Positions 54,901-64,000 of a stretch of DNA of 64,000 bases are shown here, piece after piece. Position numbers and translations under genes: made by a program. Positions within the stretch are counted from its first letter, which is position 1; each line of letters starts with the position of its first letter. The notes beneath the pieces were generated by a model. It saw only the letters and a program-made list of their open reading frames with translations, ran no database searches and was not told the origin of the DNA. Origin of the DNA: Phoronis australis (Eukaryota; Animalia; Phoronida). Location: NCBI GenBank assembly GCA_002633005.1, contig NMRA01000875.1, positions 47,557-111,556 on the forward strand, read 5' to 3'.

Positions 54901-57404
54901 TGCTCTGCTCAGTGAGCACTTTCTAGCAGATTTGTGTGCTTACTTTGACTGTGTTGGCAGTCTTGTTTTAGGCTGCTTTTTAGTGTTTTGCAAACATTTG
55001 GCAATCATCATTGTCATGGTTCATTTAGGCATGAAAAGATCTCAAATTTTGATCCCCAGCCTTAAAGTGGCCTTAATTTGGAATTCCGTCTTAAAGTGAC
55101 CTAAATTTAAACCATTGGCTTTGAAAATCGACATTCTGGCCTTAACTGAATTCTGTTTGTCAGTAGTGCGTGATGTTTTTAGATCATTTCCCAAAGGCCA
55201 TGGAAGAAAATATTGATAGTTTTGAAATACTTTTGTCGGCATTTCTCTTCAACTGTGTAAAAACTTAGATTTTTAATCGAAGCCTTATTGAATCACTCAG
55301 AAACTCATAATTCTCTCTTTGTCAAACCTTAAGACGATTTCCAGAGCAATCGCGTCATTAATGCCAACACAAAATAACGGATCTAGTAATCAGAAGTAAG
55401 CAGAATAATCTCACAGTTCAGCATGTCTTCACTGGTGAGCAATTCAGTTGCGCATTTCTGGCACTTCAGTGGTACTCTTCCATGCCATCTGCAGGTTAAG
55501 TCGAGAACTAGCCAATGTCCTTCGGAAAGGGGGTAGATGTAATTGAGTGTTTAGTCACATTAGGTTTTTGTTGTGTTCTTATTCTTACAGAAAATATTAA
55601 TCAAAGGGGCATTATACTTGTATAAATACGCCCTAAAGAGGCATGGAACACGAAAGCTCGTTGAAAATATCTTTTAAACAGTACACACCATGGATTTTTG
55701 CACATTTCGAGTTACCGATGGCCACAGACGAAATGTATGATTTAAATTTTAGCCAAATCCATGATTATTTTGTGTCATTAGCTCGAAATTTTGATTTCTC
55801 TTTCAATGTTGCCAATTTTCACATTTCCCGCCATGTGACATCATGGGTTGAACACAAGAGATCAGCGACTGGCATTGAACAATGGCGGAGAATAGGGAAT
55901 TTGAAAGTGACGATTATGAGCAAGAAATGAACAAATACTATGAAGAAACATACGAGAATGGTGGCCAGGATGACGAAATGGGGTTGCACAAAAGCGAGAA
56001 CGAGTTTGATATGTTTTCAGCTGCGTACTTTTCTACTTTGAGGCCATACGAACTGGATCCTCCCGCGAGAGAAGCGGCCTCGGGCTTAGCCAGTCAACCC
56101 AGTCATCCAACAGACGATCCTGAATAAAGAGCCAATGTTTCTGAATAGTAAATATTGTCCTTTATTGAACCAGACCTTCATCGTAACATCTCCTCTGATT
56201 GGAGTCGAAACATGACTCCTCAAAGTGGGCTGAACACAGAGTGGCCCCGGACAGAATCGCTTGGTCCACGCTGAGGTCCCACACTCTCGTTCGGCGCATG
56301 AAGCGATGCTACTACTGCACAACTTTGGCGTCCTTCGTAACACCGAGACGTTCTCCGTCTGACTGCTGCTGCTGCAGCGTCCGCAAACACATCTTTTCAT
56401 CCCTCTACGAACCTTCTCGACGCTAAATATACTTTACTTTCACTTCACTCTATACACTTAGTTGCTGATCCGAACAGTGTGCCGAACGACTTGGGTTCAA
56501 CCCATGACGTTGTACATAATTATTATATTTTTCAATTTTTACATGTTTCTTTAGGAACTGTGCACTAAAGGCACTGAAATCAAGTAAGATATAATAATAA
56601 AATTTATTTTGAGGTACTAGAGTCATGTTGCGTACACTTTAAACAATTTCTGACGAAAGGATCATCTTGCAACGTCTAGTACAGAGAAATTCTTTTCCCT
56701 GTGAGGTAATTTCCACAAAAACATCACAAAATTAACAATTTTTTAAATATTTGCAAAGGAAAAATCTTTGTGGTTACCACAGAGATTCTAACCTCCTCCC
56801 ACTTATGATAAATGTGCGCATGTGCTCACAGTTAGTTGCTTGAAGTCGCTTGAGGTCAAAGATCACATTTTCCATGTAAGGGGAACATGTTACGTCTATG
56901 TCTTGCCATACCAAATAAGGAGACACGCTTTGCCTTCTGTTAAAAGTCAACAAAGTGGTGAGCAGCTGACAGATCATTTCGTTGAAATGCCTTGATATCA
57001 ACAGAAATTAGAAATCTTGACCAACAAACCCTAAAAATACCAGGTGAGCAGGTTGAATTCTGTTTCAGTGGCAGAGAACCACTTTCAGTTGCAATTTAGT
57101 CTGTTCATCACATTCCAGGCCTATTTAAAAAGATCCTTGAAAGGTTTGAAATTGGATTATCAATGGAATGTGTGGAAAGTGACTGAAGTTTATTGTTAAA
57201 ATTCCTATTTAATTTATTTAGGATGCTTCAGCAAAGATCGGAAATAATTGTCGCATCGGGCCGAACGTGACCATTGGGCCTGACGTGATCATTGAAGATG
57301 GAGTGTGTATCAAGCGGTGCACTGTGCTGAGGGGAGCTCACATTAAGTCACACAGCTGGTTACATAACTGTATCATAGGCTGGGCCTCCAAGGTTGGGCA
57401 CTGG
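42845..57404 (+). CDS. GMPPB: Mannose-1-phosphate guanylyltransferase beta (GDP-mannose pyrophosphorylase B); 7 coding exons seen (319 codons), last exon not found in the window
   Basis: Exons: 42845-42973, 44566-44646, 47336-47527, 51020-51178, 51892-51970, 52700-52833 (duplicate at 54249-54382), 57222-57404. Motifs: [58 protein letters not shown], and hexapeptide beta-helix repeats. Confidence 0.96.
43151..43554. mobile_element. Largely palindromic MITE (~400 bp)
   Basis: GAACCTCCGAGACTTCGCACCTCCTTCAAA... is inverted against ...TTTGAAGGAGGCGTGATGTCTCCGAGGTTC. The inner arms GAGGGATTGAGTGATTTGATG / CATCAAATCACTTAATCCCTC also pair. Confidence 0.75.
44566..44646 (+). CDS. GMPPB: GMPPB coding exon 2 ([27 protein letters not shown])
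   Basis: 81 bp, CAG acceptor, GTAGGT donor, phase 0-0. Confidence 0.93.
46145..46375. repeat. 45-bp minisatellite, about 5 copies
   Basis: Unit gtcattgctcaagactatgccctacatgttgacctgtcgtgtagt. Confidence 0.95.
47336..47527 (+). CDS. GMPPB: GMPPB coding exon 3 ([20 protein letters not shown]...HHGKEGTIV)
   Basis: 192 bp, CAG acceptor, GTGAGT donor. Confidence 0.95.
47699..49356 (-). mobile_element. Old, diverged HINE-like copy in reverse orientation
   Basis: Both termini are recognisable (ttttacgcatccacatatttatgtg...; ...catatttcaactctccgcattgtccttgtt), with many CCCCTAGTGG units. Confidence 0.65.
49437..50272. repeat. 44-bp minisatellite, about 19 copies, embedded in a TIR element (about 49387..50424)
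   Basis: Unit aatcactgtattagtgtttagctatactattatgagcgcatcac. Flanking IRs TAATGAAAAGTGGCTTAAGAC / GTCTTCAGCCACTTTTCATTA. Confidence 0.95.
51020..51178 (+). CDS. GMPPB: GMPPB coding exon 4 ([15 protein letters not shown]...[29 protein letters not shown])
   Basis: 159 bp, TAG acceptor, GTAAAG donor. Confidence 0.95.
51892..51970 (+). CDS. GMPPB: GMPPB coding exon 5 ([26 protein letters not shown])
   Basis: 79 bp, CAG acceptor, GTTAGT donor. Confidence 0.94.
52700..52833 (+). CDS. GMPPB: GMPPB coding exon 6, copy A ([20 protein letters not shown]...ENVLV)
   Basis: 134 bp, CAG acceptor, GTGAGT donor. Confidence 0.88.
53838..53984. mobile_element. Terminal fragment (TIR) of the Kolobok-like family seen at 61622..62945, cut by the N
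   Basis: TTAA|AGGCGAAGGCAACCTTTTTTCATGTCAC...CTACTCCGGAAGTGACGTTT. The duplicate segment shows an empty GCAGGTTAAG site at about 55491-55500. Confidence 0.8.
54249..54382 (+). CDS. GMPPB: GMPPB coding exon 6, copy B (identical duplicate)
   Basis: Same sequence and splice sites as 52700-52833. Confidence 0.75.
55678..56638. mobile_element. Kolobok-like deletion derivative (second family) with convergent ORF remnants
   Basis: TTAA flanks (55674-77, 56639-42); imperfect TIR ACAGTACACACCATG / CATGTTGCGTACACT. Plus-strand acidic ORF 55882..56127 with LRPYELDP. Minus-strand THAP remnant [10 protein letters not shown]...(frameshift)...FMRRTRVW...[11 protein letters not shown]. Confidence 0.7.
57222..57404 (+). 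CDS. GMPPB: GMPPB coding exon 7 ([61 protein letters not shown])
   Basis: 183 bp, TAG acceptor, GTGAGT donor; left-handed beta-helix repeats. Confidence 0.95.
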
Positions 57405-58536
57405 GTGAGTGACTGTCAGCGCGATTTACTGTTCAAATCCCACCTCACCTCAATTAAAAAATACAAAATTTCCGAAAAAATTGATCATTAAAGACGGCCA
57501 CAAGTGCATCACACACTTGAGGTTGTTCTTCTGAGAATGTTGTATCGGTTTAGATGACCAGCGAAATGAACTGCTAAAACTGTGTGCCAATATAGACAGC
57601 CTGGAGGTCCCTGGGTTACCTAGGCCAACAGGTTTTAGATTATGATTTCCCTACATGACAACCTCATAGCTGTTTTAAGACATCAAGTTTTGTTTCAGGA
57701 CTCCAATTTAGTACACGCTTTAGGTAAATGTCCCTTGTCTTGTCAGTTTTTCATAAAGATTTTGAAACAAGGACTACAAAAATGCTTGTAACTGTTTGTT
57801 TTAAAGCGACTATAACCCTGCCTTCCATCTCAAAAACCAACTTTTGATTCAGACCAGTTAGTGTTCATATGAGATTGGTCTCAAATTTTTCATACTGAAA
57901 TTAGAGGGAAATTCAGGGCTTCAAAANTCCACGAGGGCTCTAGATAAGGGGGATAACGGCTGAGAACATGTAATAATCTATTTATACCACATACTAAACG
58001 AGAAATATTGCAATGAATCGATTTACCTTTTCTGACTCTCCACGGCTTTGTAACTACTTTCTATGTCAGAGGCCCGGGATCGGAGGTCGTGACCTTTTAA
58101 GAAAAGTCCGGCTATTTTTGTCAAATAATGCTTTTACTCAAAACCAATTGAAAACTTAAATATTATAGAAATAAATTGAATTTATAAATTAAGGTTTACC
58201 AACTATTATAGCTTAAAACATGTTTTTTTCACGCTAAGCTTCAACCGGGAAATTATCGTCTGCTAAAGTAGGTTACCACTGGTAACTGAATATAATTCTC
58301 AAGTCAAAGATCCTGACGACACGATACCCGCATTCAAACTATAGATCGGTGATTTACAAGTAAGAGGACATGAGAGAAAAATTTCACCAAATTAAGATAT
58401 CATTTTTATGGAAATTATGTGTCGTATTTTTCGTAGCGTATACAGTACGTAGTACAGTACAATGTGGTTTGTTGAACGTGCGATTATTGCGCGTGCTCAT
58501 TTAAGTATTCTGTTTTCACTCTTGATGACGTCAGTC

Positions 58537-58605
58537 GCTGCGTGGTGTAGTGGCAAAGTCGGCGACTAGCAATATTAGGGTCCCGGGTTCGACCCCGTCC
58601 TCGGT
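58537..58605 (+). pseudogene. Degenerate tRNA-derived sequence (SINE-head-like)
   Basis: A-box TGGTGTAGTGG (58543-53) and B-box GGTTCGACCCC (58586-96) at tRNA spacing; acceptor and anticodon stems are poor. Confidence 0.55.
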
Positions 58606-59944
58606 TTCCCGCCAAATCGTTATCTCACTAGTGAGATAACTTCATGGGTTATTACACGGTTGTATTTGCCATTTGACGCTAATATTGTGGTATAAAACTG
58701 TATTATTTGACTATTAGTCAGCAATTTCGCTATGAAAGGTGCCTGGTTTTGAACAAGAGGAGACTCCAACCTATTCTTTAAAATCAGCTGCAACTGCATT
58801 TCTACTATGGTTCGTCTCTCTCATTTCATCAGCTGTGTGTACACGATTAGAGTCTGACAGTCTGTATTTTGAGAACTACCTTGAAATGAACCAAGATCTG
58901 AGCGCGTCTATGAACGTTATATGTGTGCACTCTTATACAGTTGAAGTATGTGGTCAAATTTTGTATTAATTCATCATTTTTGAATTTTCAGTGACTTGTC
59001 GGATACTTAAGAATCGCAAAGCAATGAATGACATATTGTGGTGTATTTTGAGTTGTGCTAGCTTATATTTATTGTTATACGGAATTGTTATGGAGGCCTT
59101 GCTGAAATAACTTCCAGGTCACATACTATGGCGAATAGGCGTTGAGATTTATACTTGTAACTTGAACATATTTATTGGATGGTGGGAGAGTCCAATATTG
59201 ACAGATTAGGTGGAGGTAGATGCAAGCCCCTTTGTATCAATAGATGGCGCTGTCATTGATTTCGTCCTTCCTCTTGTAACTTGATAGATCTGTCTCCGCT
59301 TATGTAATTGTTTGGTAAGTCTAGACATCTGTTCTTTCTTAGGGATTGTCTATTTGTATGAATTTCTGACATTCAACTCTTCATAAAGCAATGTATAGAT
59401 TTAGGATTAATCAAAGGCACTACCTTTATGTTTTGATGCTGTTGAATTGTAATACAGGTTGAAAAAAAGGCAATTTGATTTTCAACTATCAGTTCAACAG
59501 CTGGGTCTATGCAATCAGTAAGGGAGATAATTGACATTGAGTTTTTTATTTGTGCCGCGATCGTCCGTTTTTTAATCTTTCCATGGCCAAAACTGATTTA
59601 ATTATAATACTTTACCTCCTGGAAGCTCTGTAAAAGTATACATTTTCTGAAAGTAGAAAGTCTGTAGAATTTAATTCCAGACTTTATGTTAAGTTGCCTT
59701 TAATTGGGTCATGTGGCTAAGTGTTTTAGTAACATTTCGCAAAAAGAGGTGAGGCGATTTTTTCTCAAATGAGACTATCTTATTTACTCTCAAAGTGTGC
59801 AGCACGGTTCCGCGCTTTTTATGTCCACTTAGGGCCATAAAAATGGTATGAAACAAATCTATATGTTACCCTAAACATGTTTACAATGTTACATTTTTAT
59901 TTCCTCAATTAGCATTTTCTTAATTAGAAGTTCAATTTTTGCCA

Positions 59945-60062
59945 TGCGGAATATTCCGCAAATGTGCGGAATATTACGCAGATTTTCGGAATATTACGCA
60001 GATTTTGCGGAATATTACGCACTTGCAGAATACTGCGCAAATTTTGTGGAATACTGCAGGCG
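59945..60062. repeat. Short degenerate tandem repeat (~20-bp unit)
   Basis: gcggaatattacgcagatttt is repeated about 5-6 times. Confidence 0.8.
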
Positions 60063-61621
60063 GAACCGTTCCGCAAACAATAGTTTTGTGAAGCTCACAT
60101 TTTTTATAAAATTTTTCTTGCCCATTTAAGTTGAAATATATCCTGTTCTCAATAACACATGAAAATTTCAATGTGTCTACATGAACAATGATTAATCAGT
60201 GGGGAACTTGCTGAAGGATTTGTGATGGAGAATCCTACCTTAAGCAGACTAGGGAAAATTTTCCGCACAATGGTTTTGCGGGGTTTTTGTTTTGCCGAAT
60301 AAAGCTAAAATGCACTTGAAAGTATCAACGGGACAATCCTAACAATAATTAGTTGATCAATGTGACTGTTGCGGATTTGTTCCGCAAGCAGAATGGTAAC
60401 AGAAAGAATGGCTTTGTGGAGCTCATCGTCATTATTATTGTATTCACATTCAATCAACGTTTAGTACAGACGATTTACACTAATGAGGAAAAACATGAAC
60501 TTCACAACATTTCTTATACACTTACATCTCTTCGTTTGATTGCATAACTTTTGAAATATAGACAGTTCTCAAGAGAAAACTGGAATCTTAAACTGATTCT
60601 AAGGTCTGGGGACAAAATAAAAAGAAAGGTACTTGTTTTCAATTTTTCGAATGTCACAGGTTGAATGAAGTTCAACTTCTATTAGCATTCCAAAATGTTT
60701 TCCCAGCTCTAGCATTCTATCATCGGTGAAGGATTTTTGCATCAAATACATGTATGCGCCAGTGGAGACCTCATATACGGTTTCTCTATGTCTAATATTT
60801 TCCTTTTTAAGATGTAATTTGAAAAATTGCTATGTATCCAATTTACAGCTTCTTGCCACATTTGATTTTCTATATCTACAGTATACAACGCTGTCGAAAT
60901 TCTTTTAAAGATCGAAGCTCATTACCCACGCCTTTTGAATACCACACAATTCCATATCCATAGGGGTATGTTTTTTCATTTCCAGAGCCCTACAGTCTCT
61001 GTTTTCTCTGCCATTTAAATAGTAGCTATAGCAGTAGTTACTCCATGTTTTTATTGTTCTAATTACTATTAGTAATAGCAGAATTACCAGGTGTTATTAT
61101 TATTGGTGTTATCATTATTGGTATTTTTATTATCTTTGTTATCACCATTTTCAAATTAAGTGTGTGAATGTCTGTAAGAGTGGGTGAGTGAAATTTCTCA
61201 AATTTTGTTTTCTTAAGACAGACTACAAGAACTGGCAACCGTACCCCGTACACCACCTTCACTAATTTTGGTGATAACATTAATGAGAGTGAAAAAACTA
61301 ACATTGAAGGGACAAATGAACTACTAGCCTAATGTGAAACTGCCGATGCTGACGAATCGAGACTTTCATATGGATCATATACGCAGTTGAGCAGTCATAT
61401 CTAATGGTGGTTGACCATTCCCATTTCATTTTAAAACCAGTACTATCCCCATAGTGGTATCCTGTTCTGTAATCGGATTAGCTAGCTCAGGCAAAGCCTG
61501 ATAACATCAGTTAATACCCTGCATTGTTGGCTTTGCCAGGTCTACTAAGGAACTCCTTGAGAATAGACAGTCACTCACCAAGAGGGGTAGTAAATTTAAG
61601 CAACTAATCGGATATTCTTAA

Positions 61622-62945
61622 AGGCGAAGGCAACCTTTTTTCATGTCATGTTTAGCAAAAAATTGGGTTCGTTGATTATCTCAGACATATTTTTCACTTG
61701 TTTACAGCTTTTCGTGATTTAATTAATTACTCGTCGTCTACTCCGGAAGTGACGTTTTGTGAGGCAAGAATTTCGCGCCATTTCTTTCATACCGTCTGAC
61801 TGTGAGAGCAGTCGAGTCAGTCATTGTTCTACCTCGGTGGGGATAAGTTCGGTCGTCGTTTACTTTTGTTCACGAGTCGGTCAACATGCCACACTGTTGC
61901 TGCCTACCGAGATGTACTCATTATCGTCTCACGTACAGAGGAAGAACTGTCCCACTTGCCCGAGTGTACCGCGGCACACTCCCAGTGGACGGTGACTTGA
62001 GCACCCAAACTGCTTACAACGTCCCTCCGTGCGACTCCCTCGTCACACACGTGGCACCTTCTAAATAGCTCCAATACAAGCCCACAATAAACTTATCAAA
62101 CTTGGGCTCAGCGATCTGTTCATTGAATGAAGAACTGTACTTTTAACTGGGTGTCAAACTGCGCCTGCATTCACTCCCACTAATCAACAACCCTGCAGGG
62201 CTGCTTACAGGCTCTGGGCTAGAGACAACACCACACCACACGGGGAATCACTGATAGTTCCTGGAATATTGCACACTATGGGGTACGTTCGGAGGCATGG
62301 GTGACAGTAGATGAAGTGCCTCCAGGCATTGTTTATAGTGGCCACAGCTCGCGAGGCTTCTTGCTTCAAAAACGCATCAGGGGTGGCGACGGGGCAATGC
62401 CGGGAATCAGCAGCGACGGTATGGAACCCTTCTTCAGGCGTTGTTTCGCAGGGACTTTCATCGATTCAGCGTACATATCTCTGTTGCAATCTGACTGCTG
62501 AAAATGCTTGCCACTGCTTTGTACGTTGCGTGAGCGGGTAGCGCTGCGTTCTTCACTCGAACGAGCTAGCCAAGTACGGCGAAATGTGTCATCCTTTGGA
62601 AAGCGATACAAGGTACCCAAAGCGTGTGTGAAACAATATGGAGTACATCGTGGTATGCAGCAACAGCGTGGCATGTTAACTGACTCGAAAACAAAAGCAA
62701 ACAATGACCTCTAACTTATCACATCCGAGGTAGAACAATGACTGACTTGACAGCTCTCACAGTCTGACTGTATGAAAAAAAATTGGCGCGAAATTCTTGC
62801 CTCCCAAAACGTCACTTCCGGAGTAGAGGACAAGAAATTAGTTAAATTACGAAAAGCTATAATTAAGTGAAAAATATGTTTGGGATAATCAACAGACCTT
62901 ATTTTTGCTAAAAGTGACATGAAAAAAGGTTGCTAAAGTTCGCCT
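61622..62945. mobile_element. TTAA-flanked Kolobok-like element with ~300-bp imperfect TIRs and a THAP-domain remnant
   Basis: TTAA at 61618-21 and 62946-49; AGGCGAA...TTCGCCT termini. Minus-strand MPRCCCIPRC...LYRFPKD...W...HF...RLKKGSIPS (THAP, AVPT-like box). Plus-strand MPHCCCLPRCTHY at 61886. Confidence 0.8.
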
Positions 62946-64000
62946 TTAACAATATGTTCGTGCACACTGCTAGGCCATTGTTCATTTTTTCTTAGAACTT
63001 GACCATTTAATTCTAATGCTATCACCTTCGAATTTAAGTATTTTAGGTGCATAATAACTTATTAAACTTTAAGTTCATTCTACGCTGGATTTTTCACGGA
63101 CAATTTTCATACCAGTATAACCAACTGTAGTACCCAAAACAGTGAACAAGTTTGTCACAAAAGCACTGTATTCTCTGGATTCAATTCATGTGTTATATTT
63201 GAGGATTCTTTTGGCCTGAAATTTGTTGTTCTGTCTTTGATAATTTTTTTTTTTTCTTTGTTTGCACTTTTATTTTTAACATCTTTCAACCTCTGCTTTA
63301 CAGCATTGCTTTTCACCAGGTTCCTAATTTCTGGGTGTACAATCTCAAAATATCTGAATAAAAATTTATAACTGTTATAAACCAGTTGACACACTGGTTG
63401 ACTTCCAAGCTGTACTGACCATTTATTGCTCTGTTTGCATCACATTGCCAGAGGACAACAGGAGATTGGCAATTTAACTTCAACGGCCAAGAAAAATTTC
63501 CCACGCCTTGGCTAGAGTGGTATAGGTTCTCTATACATTGAAGTAAGGATTCCTCAATTTATATAGCAATATGGTGGAACAGTAAAATTTTATTTTGTCA
63601 AATTTTTCAACAAAAGTAAAAAGGATGAAAACATTTACTTCAATACTTGTTAAGCTGAAAAATGGCAACTTTGGCAATTGTTTTTGTTTGGAATCTGCAG
63701 ATATAACAAGGAGAACCCAAAACTATGGCAGCCGCATTTTTGCACATCCAAACTTATTTAAAGTGGCTTGGAACGTGAAAAATAGTATAAAATAAGAAAG
63801 TAAATGTTACTCATCTTGCATGAAACCTGTATCATATCGTGGCGTACAAGTTTTTTTGAAGGTTTCGTAAATATAGTGAGTTTTAGATGAGTTTGGAGTA
63901 TTTTTCTTTACGTTTGAAAGTTTACCAAAAAGACACGCCTTCGTGCTCGTCAAGTCCGACATTACAGTCCCAAAATGCATTGCGGTGCCTTATTTGGAAA

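Larger units (their letters stand above)
52437..55500. repeat. ~1.5-kb direct duplication (52437..~53835 and 53986..~55500) containing GMPPB exon 6, joined at a single N (53985)
   Basis: Offset 1549 bp; the exon is identical, while the intron parts show scattered SNPs and indels. Confidence 0.92.

Noticed and set aside
62366-62704. Domesticated host THAP gene
   Set aside because: It lies within TIRs with TTAA TSDs, the third Zn-ligand Cys is missing, and the ORF is truncated.
57405-64000. Final GMPPB exon (VRMEN...LGEDV...PHK)
   Set aside because: I could not find it by eye in the remaining sequence; it is presumably beyond the window.

Overview
Animal (probably marine invertebrate) genomic DNA: AT-rich, intron-rich and dense in repeats. 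It holds three protein-coding loci. (1) The 3' end of a rhodopsin-class peptide GPCR (+, 1..456). (2) A complete 11-exon p38 MAP kinase gene (- strand, 10813..27562, 360 aa, TGY motif). (3) A divergently transcribed GDP-mannose pyrophosphorylase B gene (GMPPB, +): 7 coding exons from 42845 to 57404, last exon not found in the window, and exon 6 present twice across a single-N junction that looks like a haplotype or assembly duplication. Introns and intergenic DNA are mostly non-autonomous mobile elements. The most unusual is a 539-bp miniature LTR element (TRIM) whose LTRs carry a tRNA-like Pol III promoter, with a tRNA-Ser PBS and a PPT. Others: four TTAA-flanked Kolobok-like elements with convergent ORF remnants (THAP plus a Cys-rich, P2X7-ballast-like second ORF in three; THAP starts at both ends in the fourth); Helentron-associated (HINE/DINE-1-like) elements full of CTCF-like motifs; a perfect 274-bp nested palindrome built from 39-bp mini-TIR units in (TA)n; a minisatellite amplified inside a MITE; LINE and Penelope endonuclease remnants; and many MITEs. 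All coordinates and alignments were read by eye and no database searches were run.
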